Below, piece after piece: positions 1 through 10,749 of a DNA stretch of 47,323 nucleotides. The notes under the pieces are model-generated. The model searched no databases. It was not told the origin of the DNA and saw only the letters and a program-made list of their open reading frames with translations. How positions within the stretch are numbered: position 1 is the stretch's first letter; every line of letters begins with the position of its first letter. A program made the position numbers and the translations under genes. Source of the DNA: a virus (lineage: Duplodnaviria; Caudoviricetes); the IMG/VR virus record IMGVR_UViG_3300032272_000024, positions 1 through 47,323 of that record; one strand, written 5' to 3'.

Positions 1-127
1 CAAGGTAACGGATTCGATTACACCGGGGCTATTAGCCGAGTTAGGGCAACAGCCTCCGCGTCGGTCGTACCCCAATCAATACCCGATTGAGTGGACATCT
101 GACAAACAGCGTAAAGCGTATTTTGCA
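1..127. repeat. Terminal overlap identical to 47197-47323 (circular assembly overlap)
   Basis: Exact 127-bp match of the two ends; a reading frame runs through the junction. Confidence 0.95.
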
Positions 128-469
128 ACTGACGGCTTTAGTAAAGGCATCCCGTACAATCGTTCCGGCGTACTTGTTACAAGTTGGGTAATCGTTGGCA
201 AGCGAATAGGTAATGGTTATGCAATCGTAGTCGAAAACAAACTGCCAGCGTCGCGCTATGTTGTGGGTACACTCGCTAAGGATTTAAAACGGGCTAGCGC
301 ACCACAACAACTATTTCACAAGATAACAGGCTGGCAGTTGGCAACCATTCCTGTGCATAAGTGGATGGAAATTGCGAAAGCAGAATTCGAGGTCGAGGTG
401 ATTAATCAAGTGAATATACGTATAAGAGGGCGGGCGTTTACAAGCGCACGGCGACGGAGGCAACAGTAA
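1..469 (+). CDS. 3' part of neck/tail-completion protein (HK97 gp10-like) that starts at 47093
   Basis: Frame starting at base 2 is open to TAA at 469 and in frame with ATG 47093 (about 190 aa in total); lies between head and adaptor genes; the 263..469 ORF is only its tail. Confidence 0.65.
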   Translation, partial: KVTDSITPGLLAELGQQPPRRSYPNQYPIEWTSDKQRKAYFATDGFSKGIPYNRSGVLVTSWVIVGKRIGNGYAIVVENKLPASRYVVGTLAKDLKRASAPQQLFHKITGWQLATIPVHKWMEIAKAEFEVEVINQVNIRIRGRAFTSARRRRQQ

Positions 470-1368
470 TGCAATCGCGTTATGAAAGTGTGTTCACAAC
501 ACCGCAAGCGGTTAGTGACCAATTGCTAAAAGCGGATACATCGACACCGCAATCGGTTGCTGATGAGTACGATGATTACTTCGCCTTAGCGAAATCATAT
601 TGCTTTCAAATATCTAAGATCATAGAGCAAACAACTAGACGCGCATTTGTGCCATACCGTGCAACGAAAACAACCTATACACGACAAGCCTTCAAAGAAG
701 AGAGCCTTGTTTATTCTGACGGTATTTATGAGTTTGATCTGGAAGATGACCTGCTTGCAATTGACAGCATAACAATTTCATCGGTTGTGAAAACAGCAAG
801 CGAATATCACCTAGCTGATGCGATGGGCAGTGTGAATGGATATCCATATAAGCAAGTGCAACTTGATCCTAGCGGGTTAAGCCTAAGCACAGATTTTGAC
901 GATAGCATTGACATAGTCGGGGAGTGGGGTACACATGATAACGTGTCAGACACCTACTCTAATGTGACGACCTTAATCGCTAACTTGACCGATTCACAGA
1001 CCACGATTGATGTAACCGATGGCGACGGTGCAAGTTATAACGTCTACGATTACATACGCATTAATGATGAATTGATGTTTATCACCGCCATTGCGACAAG
1101 TGGCGACCCTGACGTGTTGACCGTTGAGCGCGGTGTAAATGGTTTTACTGCAAGCGCACACACATTAGGCGACCAAATTACACGCTGGAATGTAGTAAAC
1201 GATGTGAAGATGTTGGCTACTCGCATGGTGGCGTATTGGTATAACAAGCGGAATGATGTTGGGGAGCAAGTCGCAGTCGTTAATGGTGCGGTTATCACGG
1301 CGCAATTTTCACAAGCGTTGGCACAGATTGCAAGCCGTCGTCAGCGCAACCGTTACGAGGTAGTTTGA
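469..1368 (+). CDS. Head-tail adaptor/connector with inserted beta-rich domain
   Basis: IIEQTTRRAF N-terminal and DVKMLATRMVAYWYNKR C-terminal motifs typical of gp6/gp15-like adaptors; synteny. Confidence 0.7.
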   Translation: MQSRYESVFTTPQAVSDQLLKADTSTPQSVADEYDDYFALAKSYCFQISKIIEQTTRRAFVPYRATKTTYTRQAFKEESLVYSDGIYEFDLEDDLLAIDSITISSVVKTASEYHLADAMGSVNGYPYKQVQLDPSGLSLSTDFDDSIDIVGEWGTHDNVSDTYSNVTTLIANLTDSQTTIDVTDGDGASYNVYDYIRINDELMFITAIATSGDPDVLTVERGVNGFTASAHTLGDQITRWNVVNDVKMLATRMVAYWYNKRNDVGEQVAVVNGAVITAQFSQALAQIASRRQRNRYEVV

Positions 1369-1835
1369 TGGGGATTACGCACGACATACAGCAACGGCTA
1401 ATCGCAATAGAGCGCACAATGATGTACAACGGCGAGGCTGTAAAAGCTAGCGAGTATGTAAGCGAAGGCATCCAGCCACCACAAACACCGTTGTTCGTTA
1501 ATCACCCTGTGGGTAGCGCGAAAGTCGAAGAAGGCAGCGGTTTCTACTTCATAACAAGGACGTGGGAATTAAAACTTTACGGGCGCAAAGAGGGTGATGG
1601 TGGGCGTGCTGAGAATGAGTTCCGCATGTACGATCTAAGTGATTTAGTTTACGCGCTATTTCTTACAAAACGTCGATTACAACTTGGCGACAATGGGGTG
1701 GATGGGATTGTCATGGCTCAACTGACAGGCGATAACGGTACTGAGATAGAACCCTATCCCATCGGTGACAAACAGTCTATGGACTTTTACGTAATTACAT
1801 TCAATATGGATATAACTTATAGGATCAAATGCTAA
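1365..1835 (+). CDS. Putative tail terminator
   Basis: 156 aa, upstream of tail tube gene, ends in alternating beta strand FYVITFNMDITY. Confidence 0.55.
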   Translation: MMGITHDIQQRLIAIERTMMYNGEAVKASEYVSEGIQPPQTPLFVNHPVGSAKVEEGSGFYFITRTWELKLYGRKEGDGGRAENEFRMYDLSDLVYALFLTKRRLQLGDNGVDGIVMAQLTGDNGTEIEPYPIGDKQSMDFYVITFNMDITYRIKC

Positions 1836-2080
1836 TGGCAGAGCAAAATGCACGATTAGGCAAGTATGGCGAATACACCCCACAACTGTGTGCCGTAACC
1901 AACCAATACCTAGGTACACGTCCGCAGAAAACAATCAAACTTAGCGATGAATATTATTGTCGTGTGCTATCAAAGGCGAATGGTTACGATACTAAAGCCA
2001 TTAAAAAAGAGTTGTTACGTGCTACAAAGCGAACAACCAAAACACAAGTAACAAGTGAGGAAGTAAGCAATGACAAATAA
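1829..2080 (+). CDS. Hypothetical basic protein
   Basis: ORF overlaps both neighbours in the tail operon. Confidence 0.5.
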   Translation: MLMAEQNARLGKYGEYTPQLCAVTNQYLGTRPQKTIKLSDEYYCRVLSKANGYDTKAIKKELLRATKRTTKTQVTSEEVSNDK

Positions 2081-2939
2081 TCTTAATGAGTTCGGTGGGC
2101 AGGGTATACAGATTGTCCATTGGTGCCTTTACGACACCGTAAGCAAGCAATACATTGCAGGGACAAGCGGGACGTTAGCGTCGGGCGAGGATTCGGGAAT
2201 GGGAACGTTGCAAGGTGCAAGCTCATTCAGCGCATCAATACCCGAAGCGGTTTCGATCCCACGTCCGGGTGATAACGGCAACTTGGGTAACTTCCAAAGT
2301 GCCAGTGCCGATAGCCCGACAGGCACTGACACCTATGTGTCGTTTAATCAAACATTTGACATTAAAGCAACCGATAGACTAATTAATGCGGTGGGACCAC
2401 ATGATGTTAGTTTGCTGTCAGGGAAATGCCAAACCTACACGCCCGTCTTTTTTGTTGTCAACTCCCCTGCTATGTCAGACGAAAGTGGTAGCGAAGGCGA
2501 GAACGGTTGGGTTGTTGAAGAATACTATTATGCCTTTGCACAACCATTGAGCGTTGCGGATAAATCAATCAACACCGCACACAATTACACGCATAAATTG
2601 ACATTCAATGAACGGGGTACAATGCCGTGGGGCGAGGCGATAACCGCAGTGAACTATGGTGTTGACAGCGCGTGGAAAAGTGACCCGTATTGGTCGCCGT
2701 ACCCGGTGTACTACCAGACATATGTAGGCGATGGCGCATCAACACAGACATTCACGCTAGACAAAATCCCCGTAGCTGATGACGGTGATGCCTTACAGAT
2801 TTGGGAAGCGGGGGTATCCTTAGTACACTCGACAAATTACGCTGTAAGCACGACAACAGGGGTAGTTACTTTTGTTGGTACAGACCCCGCAGACGGCGCA
2901 TTCGCAGTGTGCAAAGTGATGTATAACAGTTCATGTTAA
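2070..2939 (+). CDS. Major tail (tube) protein with C-terminal accessory domain
   Basis: 289 aa, T/S/G-rich, upstream of chaperone pair and tape measure; RBS GAGG. Confidence 0.6.
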   Translation: MTNNLNEFGGQGIQIVHWCLYDTVSKQYIAGTSGTLASGEDSGMGTLQGASSFSASIPEAVSIPRPGDNGNLGNFQSASADSPTGTDTYVSFNQTFDIKATDRLINAVGPHDVSLLSGKCQTYTPVFFVVNSPAMSDESGSEGENGWVVEEYYYAFAQPLSVADKSINTAHNYTHKLTFNERGTMPWGEAITAVNYGVDSAWKSDPYWSPYPVYYQTYVGDGASTQTFTLDKIPVADDGDALQIWEAGVSLVHSTNYAVSTTTGVVTFVGTDPADGAFAVCKVMYNSSC

Positions 2940-2961
2940 TTGACTAGGGGAAGCAAGTAAT

Positions 2962-3348
2962 ATGCCAAATAGTAGCTTTGAGTTCGCAGGACACCGCTTT
3001 ACAGTTCGTGAGGCGGTGGGTGCCGATGTCTTGCACGGTAATTTGTTTTTCGCCAATTTAGTTGATTCAATTGCTAGCGATATGGGCACCACAACAGATG
3101 ACCTCCATATCGCCTATATCTTAGGCGCAGAGTGGTTTTCGGGGATGCTGTTTCGTACAACGATTGAAAAGATTGATGAGAGCGATGATATAGAGTTACC
3201 CTTTATATGGATTAGCCCACACTCATCAACAGTTGAACAGGTATATGAATCGTACCAAAGTGTAGTTAGTGGTAGCCCTGTGTTGATGCGCTTATGGCGT
3301 AGCGCGTCAAGGGATGCTAACTTGGAGATACCCGACCCGGAAGAGTAG
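2962..3348 (+). CDS. Tail assembly chaperone (G-like)
   Basis: Between tail tube and tape measure genes. Confidence 0.6.
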   Translation: MPNSSFEFAGHRFTVREAVGADVLHGNLFFANLVDSIASDMGTTTDDLHIAYILGAEWFSGMLFRTTIEKIDESDDIELPFIWISPHSSTVEQVYESYQSVVSGSPVLMRLWRSASRDANLEIPDPEE

Positions 3349-3695
3349 CCCGCCAGCCCGAAATATTGGACGCTATAGCTAATGCCATTGCTAGGCGGGT
3401 TAAGTCACGGCATGTTACATTATCAGATGACCCCAACGAGATAAACGACAGATTACTTGAAATCAACAAAGAGGGGCAAAAGATAGGCAATAAGTACGAC
3501 AAGTGGATGCCCCGTAGTGACGAATCGTTTTACTATTACACGTTCTTTGAAGCACATAACATATTGCCCTTTAGTGGCGGATTGGCAAACCAGCCCGTGT
3601 GGTTGTTGCGTGATTGGACAGCGTTTATGGAGTTGACAGAATACAATGAGTTACTCGCAGAACGTGATCGCCTCACGAAAAGGCTTAACAAATGA
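3336..3695 (+). CDS. Tail assembly chaperone extension (GT-like), probably reached by -1 frameshift
   Basis: -1 frame is open from 3321 to 3695, has only a weak TTG start, contains LPFSGGLANQP; candidate shift site C CCG GAA at 3336-3342. Confidence 0.55.
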   Translation, partial: PGRVARQPEILDAIANAIARRVKSRHVTLSDDPNEINDRLLEINKEGQKIGNKYDKWMPRSDESFYYYTFFEAHNILPFSGGLANQPVWLLRDWTAFMELTEYNELLAERDRLTKRLNK

Positions 3696-5425
3696 GCAAT
3701 AACAATGACATCAAATTAACGTTTAAGGTTGATGTTGATAAAAAGTCCATTAACGATACGATCAAAAGCCTAAAAGAAATAGGCAAGGAAATTGATAATG
3801 TCGGAGCGGGTGCCGACGGGCTTCGCGCAAGGCTATCTGCGGGCGGTGGCGGTGGCATTAGCGCGGGTATTTCGTCACGACGCACATCTTCACCAAGCAC
3901 AAGCGCGGGGACTGGAATAGATAGGGAACTGGCAGGATTACGCCAAAGTCTACAAAACACAAGTGGGGGCGTAAGTGATTTTAGAGGCAATGTTTCCGAT
4001 TTCGGGGATGTTGCTTTAGGGGTTGCAGACACACTTGCTAGTGGTGGCGGGATTATTGATGTTGTGGGGCAAATTGCACAGATTAGCCCGCTTGCCAGCG
4101 CGGGACTTGGTTTGTTTCAGTCTGCGCTAGCACTCACACAACAAGAGGCACAGCGCGGAGCGGACGAACTTAATAGCCGTATTGATGCCCAACGTGAATT
4201 AGATGAAGCTATTGTGGACGGTTTAACCAGCCAAGATGCACAAGCCCAAATATCGCGCCTAAGCGAATTGCGCGATTTAGAGCAAGATAGGCTAGATAGG
4301 CTTGAAGAGGGTGCTAGGCAATTAGAAGAGCAGTTTGGTCCACTAACAGGTGTGCTAGAAGAGTTGCAACCGCAAGTCGGCGCGGTGATGGATGAGCTTG
4401 ATGAAAGCCGTGCTATATTCGAGGCTTATGGTAATGAAATTGAAAACCTGCAAGGTGCGCTTGATGAGGGTAGGCTAGCCACCAATGACGCGGAAAGTGC
4501 CGAAAGCGATCTGGCGGGGTCGCGTGATGATGGTGCAAGGGAAGCCGAGAAACTCGCTAAAGAAGAGGAAAAGCGTCAAGAGAAAATAGCTGATGCGATA
4601 CGCGAATCAGGTGAGGCAGTTGAGGACGCAAGGCGCAACTTTGCCAACGCCTCTGACGATATACGTAAGGAAACGTCACGCAATCTATCTGATGCTAGGC
4701 GTGGGGCTAAACGTGCATTAAGTGACCTTGCCACTGAAGCGAGGCGGGGCGCGGAGCAGGCTGGGCGGGCGTATAATGACGCTAGACTTGAAGCTGATAA
4801 GCAAGGTGCGGAAGAGCAACGTCAGCAAATAGTTGCCTTCAATCGTGAGATACGTGATATTATTAGGCAGGCGAATAGGGATCAATCGGACTTATTAGCC
4901 CAACGTGATTTCTTAGCGATAGACCAATTAAGTAAAGAAACGCAACGCGCATTAGAAGACACCGGAATCGCCGCCAATGACGAACGCTCAGACTTATTAG
5001 ACGCACAACAAATACGGCGCGATGACCTAAAGCGTAGTTACCAAATAGACCGTCGCGAAGCGCGAGTTGCCAGCAATCAACGCGCCAAAGATACGCGCAA
5101 GGCGTTACGTGATGAGTTATCCGATATACGCCGTGCAGGACGGCGCAAATTAGAAGACCAACGCACACTATTACAGCGCGAAATAGAGCAAGCGCAAATA
5201 GCACTAAAGCGCAAATTAGAGCTCGAGGGCGCATTTTATGAGCAGTCATTAGCCCTTGCCAGTCGTTTAAGTGGAGGGTCGTTAGGCGCGGGCGCGGGAA
5301 GTATATCAAACACAAGCAACAGTAGAACCAGTAATAATGCAAATATAACTATCAATGGGTCTAATTCAGCACAGATGCAACGCATTGTGATAGATACCTT
5401 ACAGCAAACAGGGATGATACAATAA
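3692..5425 (+). CDS. Tape measure protein (short)
   Basis: 577 aa, helical/coiled-coil, IKLTFKVDVD start and NANITING C-terminal motif; follows chaperones. Confidence 0.8.
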   Translation: MSNNNDIKLTFKVDVDKKSINDTIKSLKEIGKEIDNVGAGADGLRARLSAGGGGGISAGISSRRTSSPSTSAGTGIDRELAGLRQSLQNTSGGVSDFRGNVSDFGDVALGVADTLASGGGIIDVVGQIAQISPLASAGLGLFQSALALTQQEAQRGADELNSRIDAQRELDEAIVDGLTSQDAQAQISRLSELRDLEQDRLDRLEEGARQLEEQFGPLTGVLEELQPQVGAVMDELDESRAIFEAYGNEIENLQGALDEGRLATNDAESAESDLAGSRDDGAREAEKLAKEEEKRQEKIADAIRESGEAVEDARRNFANASDDIRKETSRNLSDARRGAKRALSDLATEARRGAEQAGRAYNDARLEADKQGAEEQRQQIVAFNREIRDIIRQANRDQSDLLAQRDFLAIDQLSKETQRALEDTGIAANDERSDLLDAQQIRRDDLKRSYQIDRREARVASNQRAKDTRKALRDELSDIRRAGRRKLEDQRTLLQREIEQAQIALKRKLELEGAFYEQSLALASRLSGGSLGAGAGSISNTSNSRTSNNANITINGSNSAQMQRIVIDTLQQTGMIQ

Positions 5426-5856
5426 TGGGATTTGTAACTACCGATTACCAAATTGTAAGCGGGTTGAATAACGCGGGGTCACTTGTCGCCGTAACGTCAA
5501 TTGAGGTTGGTGGTGTGGCGTTAGTAGAGCCGTTGGGGTTGCCGTTTGTCAATAAGGGGTTGCGAGTTACCCGCGCTAATGGAACAGTTGCTAGAGTTGG
5601 GAAACAGCGTACAGAGTGGCGAAGCAGTATGCTCTATACACAATGGCAACATCTCAAAGATAATTACGAGGGGTTAGTTACCGTTAGGCTAGCACTGGAC
5701 GGCGCAACATGGACAAATTACAACGCCGTGTTGACATTAAACGACCCCTTTGAAATGGAATATGTAGTTTTCTCTGCATCCGATAGTGATCCTGATTTTG
5801 ACGGTGGGGGTTTCTCTAATGCGGTGTGGACATTTAGCCAGTTAACAGCGATATAG
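5425..5856 (+). CDS. Distal tail protein-like
   Basis: 143 aa directly after tape measure, TAATG coupling. Confidence 0.5.
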   Translation: MGFVTTDYQIVSGLNNAGSLVAVTSIEVGGVALVEPLGLPFVNKGLRVTRANGTVARVGKQRTEWRSSMLYTQWQHLKDNYEGLVTVRLALDGATWTNYNAVLTLNDPFEMEYVVFSASDSDPDFDGGGFSNAVWTFSQLTAI

Positions 5857-5863
5857 GATATTA

Positions 5864-8800
5864 ATGCCATTCCCAAGCGCGTTATCATCAGGTAGGCAAG
5901 CACAACTTCGACAATTAGATAGTAACTTTCAACAGTATTTATTGCTTACTCCAAATACTGTTGTCTGGCAAACACAACCACTGGCGCAGGTTTCCGGTGC
6001 TATCCCCTATGCAGAATTCGATTGGGATGGCACAGATCAGGGCAATCGCGCTGATGTTCAAGTCGGTATGACGGTGTTAATCAGCACATCAACAGATTAC
6101 CGCGCAACCACGATATTCAGGGGGCGTGTTCGGGTTGCTCCTGATGGGACGGCGTTCTACCTTAATGAGACAAGTGTAAACTTAGAGACAACTTATTATG
6201 TGACTGTATTAGATGATTACGATATTCATGAACGCTTAGAGCGCAGGCTGGTTGATGGTACGCGCTTTATTGACTATGATATTATTTTTGATAAATTACC
6301 CCCAAGCATTACAGGATTGCAATCTTCTTATGTATCTACAGATGGCGGTGTAATTTCAATCGCGTTAAACCCAGATGTAACCGCAGAAGAGGTTGGGGCA
6401 AGCGTCACCACCTATCTATGGGATGTTGCCGATGGCACACTTACGTCGGGTACAACAGCCGATAAGGATATCGTGGTCGAGTTTGATCCTGCTAACGCCA
6501 CACACCGTTGGGTACGAATTACCGCAACTGATGACAATAACGTATCCCAATATTTTACATTTGAAGTATTCACCGTTGATGTTAGTCAAGCCTCCCCTAA
6601 TCATGTCCAACTTGGCACCGATAGCGTGTCTATATCTGCTACCCAAAACGAGGGGTTTAACGCCACTGTTGCGATATGGGACGGTTACGAAGAGATACTT
6701 GATAAGACACGCTGTACGATTGCATCTATAGATAATTACAACGATGTTAAGGAATTGCCTTTTACGTCGGGCGGTACTTATGAAGTTTTGATAGGCGACA
6801 CTATAACGGGCGACGTAAGTGGTGCTGTTGCGATTGTGGTAGCAATAGACATAAATAGCGGTACATGGGCAGGTGGAAATGCTGAGGGCGTTCTGTGGGT
6901 GAATGAGCAAACAGGCATATTTGAAATAGAGAACTTAGACGTTGATGCGAACTTAAATGTCGCGTCGGTCACTGTTGATAGTGAGTTTAATTATGTTACA
7001 CAGAATGTCACATTTGTGGGTCGCTTACAACAGGAAAGTTTGATTACACGGGGTGACGAGACTTTTGGGCAAGTGCAGACAGGCACATTAAACATTCAGG
7101 GTTTTTTGGCGCAACTGAACTCCGAGATTAAGGGACCGGGGTTGATGTTGTCTAACTCCGCAAATAGCTTTGAGTGGGGACAAGTCACGACATTAACAGT
7201 AGGGCGTGCGCTGTATTATGGCATGACGTATTACACAACCCTGCTAAACGTATCATCGGTTACACTCCCCAGCGATATTGCCGATTACGATTGGGGGGAG
7301 TATGTAATCCCACCGTCAGCAATGGGGCAATGGATTAATGATTTAGCAGATGACATCAACGCCCGCCTTGTTTTCGATGCTTCGGGTGGAGCAACTATTC
7401 AGAGGCAAGCAAGCATAGCAGGCACGGCAGGTTTAACCGATGTCTTGACATTCCACATTAATGACGGTGGTGAAAGTGACCTCGAAGAATGGGGGTACAA
7501 TCGCATTTACACCGATTCAACCGCCACCGCCATTATAGGCGCGGGTACGTTCAATACGACGACAAGCGAAGTTGCCGTGTATCGTGGGCAAGCCCCGTCA
7601 CAGAATTACGGGCCGGGCTGGGAACAGGGTCTACTTAATCAGCAAATTATGAAGTCTGATTTAACCGAAACCCAAGCGCAAGCCGAGACAGGTGCTAGAA
7701 TTTCAGCTTACCTTGCATCCATCAACCCGAAAGGGCAAATAAATGTAACTTTGCCTGCGGGCTATTATTGGCTAGTGCCAGCCGATCATTTATTGTATTC
7801 GTTTAACGTTGCGGATACCGAGAATATCAGGGGGTTGAATTTCGACTCTAACACAAAATGGGTATGTGTAAGTGTCGATTATGGGTATAACCCAGAGCTA
7901 CCCGCATATCAGGTTAATGCTACTTTTGAAGAGGTAACTGTCGGTGCGAATTATGGCATCACGGTTACACAGATCATCAACATAAACGACCTGACATTAC
8001 CTGATTTACCGCCAATAGGGGCGGGATTGGGGGCAGTTGACCCGTTGGTTAACTTCCCACTGGAAGACCCCGACTTTGATTTACCCGGTGGCGGTTCAGG
8101 TGGTATTCAACCCGGCGACCCCGAAAACATGCCAGCGGTTGGGTGTGACCAATTTAATGTCAATATGCGCTCTGGCAATAATGTATTAACTAAGAACGTG
8201 ACACAGGTTGGGGAAACATATTATATACAAGTCTCAGGCGACGGGGTTGTAGGTACTGCTACGCAGACCAATAATTATTTTGGCGGTAATGGTGATTTAA
8301 CATCACCCTACACATTAACTAAAACGGATAAAATCCCTTCGGGTAGTTGTACCCCTGTGTACGATGCTATAAATGACCGCATTGAGGGCTGTACATCCGC
8401 TGTAGCGACAGCTGTTGGATTTAACTTACTTAAGTTATACCCCAGCCTAGTTATGACATCGGTTTCATTCACCACGACATGGAACCAAACGCGCACGGGG
8501 GGAACTTTCGCACAAGAATTGATATTCGACGGCGTGGTAGTTGCGTCACAAACTGTACCCAACTCTATTACATCAGGTACAAGCATAGTAAGTTGGACAG
8601 GGTCACAAGCGGTTGATGCTTTTGAGATTGACTGTGGGGTGCGTAATAATAGCGATGGCGATGGGTCATATTCCAGATTAATTGCTTTAGCAATTACATT
8701 CACCACGACAGGGTTAAATGAGCGTGGGGACGCTTTTTATTATGGGTATCAAGATGGGGGTGCGGGGATTGCATACCCGCCGGGGCGCGGGTTGCTGTTG

Positions 8801-8977
8801 AACGGTAGCGCACCGACTACAGAGCCTTATAACTCTGGACACATTTACAATTTCTCTAAGGCGGGTACAGGATCGAAATTGACATTCAGATACGATGATA
8901 CTACTTACACTGATAATGAGAATGCAAAATTGCTTGTTACCGTCTGCGGTGCTGGCATGGCATTAACGGAGTTATAA
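5864..8977 (+). CDS. Large tail tip/baseplate hub protein
   Basis: 1037 aa, beta-rich, PKD-like segment (TYLWDVADG), Pro/Gly linker before C-terminal domain; synteny. Confidence 0.65.
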   Translation: MPFPSALSSGRQAQLRQLDSNFQQYLLLTPNTVVWQTQPLAQVSGAIPYAEFDWDGTDQGNRADVQVGMTVLISTSTDYRATTIFRGRVRVAPDGTAFYLNETSVNLETTYYVTVLDDYDIHERLERRLVDGTRFIDYDIIFDKLPPSITGLQSSYVSTDGGVISIALNPDVTAEEVGASVTTYLWDVADGTLTSGTTADKDIVVEFDPANATHRWVRITATDDNNVSQYFTFEVFTVDVSQASPNHVQLGTDSVSISATQNEGFNATVAIWDGYEEILDKTRCTIASIDNYNDVKELPFTSGGTYEVLIGDTITGDVSGAVAIVVAIDINSGTWAGGNAEGVLWVNEQTGIFEIENLDVDANLNVASVTVDSEFNYVTQNVTFVGRLQQESLITRGDETFGQVQTGTLNIQGFLAQLNSEIKGPGLMLSNSANSFEWGQVTTLTVGRALYYGMTYYTTLLNVSSVTLPSDIADYDWGEYVIPPSAMGQWINDLADDINARLVFDASGGATIQRQASIAGTAGLTDVLTFHINDGGESDLEEWGYNRIYTDSTATAIIGAGTFNTTTSEVAVYRGQAPSQNYGPGWEQGLLNQQIMKSDLTETQAQAETGARISAYLASINPKGQINVTLPAGYYWLVPADHLLYSFNVADTENIRGLNFDSNTKWVCVSVDYGYNPELPAYQVNATFEEVTVGANYGITVTQIININDLTLPDLPPIGAGLGAVDPLVNFPLEDPDFDLPGGGSGGIQPGDPENMPAVGCDQFNVNMRSGNNVLTKNVTQVGETYYIQVSGDGVVGTATQTNNYFGGNGDLTSPYTLTKTDKIPSGSCTPVYDAINDRIEGCTSAVATAVGFNLLKLYPSLVMTSVSFTTTWNQTRTGGTFAQELIFDGVVVASQTVPNSITSGTSIVSWTGSQAVDAFEIDCGVRNNSDGDGSYSRLIALAITFTTTGLNERGDAFYYGYQDGGAGIAYPPGRGLLLNGSAPTTEPYNSGHIYNFSKAGTGSKLTFRYDDTTYTDNENAKLLVTVCGAGMALTEL

Positions 8978-9874
8978 ATGGTTTTTTCACAAATACAATC
9001 GGCAAGGCGTGGTGTAAAAAAGAACGATGAGTACCCCGGTGTATTAGGCGATGGTTTCGGGAATGTACACGCTGGCGACGGTCAATATTGGGTACGTTTC
9101 CCCGCGGGCGCAAACCCTGACGGGCAAACAATGTTATCAGCACCACGCGCGATTCGCTATGATGCTGAATCGCCAATTATTGGGCGTGATAATGCGGATG
9201 TATTGGTACAGCGTGATAGTTACGATGGTGTCGAAAAAATATCCCGCATGGAGCCGACCTATACAAATCGAGTGGGGATTGATTCTAAAATCCTGAATTT
9301 CGCAGAACCTAGCACGAAATGGGTCGATGTACGTAACTTCATACGCTTGCTATCGCGCCCGACGGGTTCGGGTTTCGCAACTAGTGGTAACGTGACGATT
9401 AGAGAAGACCCGTTCCATGTCAACGACTTTAATGAATTCTCATCATTCACAGGTACTCTGCCAGACGATCAATTAGACATTGTGACCGACTTTCCAACAA
9501 CCGCAGGTAATCATCGGGTTGTGATTATATTTTTTGACAGGCTGGCTAACGCGCCTGTTGCCTATGGGAGTACAGAGCAATCGCTATCAATAGACATTGA
9601 CACAACTGATTATGATGAATGTTTTGACCAATTACTACACAATGAATTTACGCCATTGGTTGCCATTGGGTTGGCAGACGCACAAACCACCACATCGGCA
9701 GTTGATGTTATTGAGGATTTACGAACATGGCTACCCACACCACGTATTTACGGATTCCCTAATCCGATACCAGCAAATAAAGCTATTTTTTTACGTGCCA
9801 CACATCAGCAATTAGTATCCGATATGACTGTGTTGGGAGATTTGACAATTGAGGGGGAGTTAACAGTAATATGA
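8978..9874 (+). CDS. Minor tail protein
   Basis: 298 aa in tail-tip cluster. Confidence 0.5.
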   Translation: MVFSQIQSARRGVKKNDEYPGVLGDGFGNVHAGDGQYWVRFPAGANPDGQTMLSAPRAIRYDAESPIIGRDNADVLVQRDSYDGVEKISRMEPTYTNRVGIDSKILNFAEPSTKWVDVRNFIRLLSRPTGSGFATSGNVTIREDPFHVNDFNEFSSFTGTLPDDQLDIVTDFPTTAGNHRVVIIFFDRLANAPVAYGSTEQSLSIDIDTTDYDECFDQLLHNEFTPLVAIGLADAQTTTSAVDVIEDLRTWLPTPRIYGFPNPIPANKAIFLRATHQQLVSDMTVLGDLTIEGELTVI

Positions 9875-10740
9875 GCGTATTAACAAGAGTGCCTGCATTA
9901 GCAGTTAAAGAAAAAACGGTTATAACAATTTCTAGTGGGGCGGTTACAGTGGATCAACAGTACCATGCAATTGCAGCCGAAAGTGGTACTGCTGACAACT
10001 TAGACACGATTACGCTAAATTATAATACATTAGTTGTTTCAGGTACTACCTATCGACCCATACTGTGGATTACAGCCGATACAGGCGACACGATCACGTT
10101 AAAGAATGGTACGGGTAATATACAATTAACAGGCGGTACTGACCTTGCCTTAACAGACGGCGAATTCTACCAGCTTGTTTGGGATGGCACAAATTGGCTA
10201 GGGCAGGTCAACACAGGCAATTCAGGGTCTTCAACTGGAGCGTTAACTGAAGCAGTTGCGACTTACACAACGTCTGGATCTGCTGATGCATCGTGGACTA
10301 TTTCGGGATGGAGCGCATCTACAAATGTAACTCGGCTTGTTTTTGAATTATACATGAAACCATCTGCAACCAGTTCCCTCATTCTCAGGCCGAACTCTGA
10401 TACAACCGCAGCAAATTATTATGGCATGACCTCCGTAGAATATTCAACTACAATCACGGCAAATTCCGTGCTCGGCGGATCTGCCACACTTTCGCCGGGG
10501 GTAAGTTATTTCTCTAGCTCGTATGGGCACCCTGTTCTCATGAAGTTAGAGATTTTTAGACCAAACAATGCGACATACTACAAGAACTTCTTGTATCACA
10601 GTTCTGGGGAATTCACATCCCCGTTTGATTGGACTGGTTCGGGGTGGTGGGAATCTGCTTCAGCTATGACGAGTCTGTATGTGGCTCCAAGCACTGGAAA
10701 CTTTGCAATCGGTTCAGGGTATCGAGTTTACGAATCATAA
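9871..10740 (+). CDS. Tail fibre / receptor-binding protein
   Basis: T/S/G-rich, LVWDGTNW motif, aromatic-rich C-terminal beta domain. Confidence 0.6.
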   Translation: MSVLTRVPALAVKEKTVITISSGAVTVDQQYHAIAAESGTADNLDTITLNYNTLVVSGTTYRPILWITADTGDTITLKNGTGNIQLTGGTDLALTDGEFYQLVWDGTNWLGQVNTGNSGSSTGALTEAVATYTTSGSADASWTISGWSASTNVTRLVFELYMKPSATSSLILRPNSDTTAANYYGMTSVEYSTTITANSVLGGSATLSPGVSYFSSSYGHPVLMKLEIFRPNNATYYKNFLYHSSGEFTSPFDWTGSGWWESASAMTSLYVAPSTGNFAIGSGYRVYES

Positions 10741-10749
10741 GGGGTAAAA

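Noticed and set aside
1-127. Biological direct terminal repeat
   Set aside because: It falls inside a gene and 127 bp is a common assembler k-mer length; best explained as circular overlap
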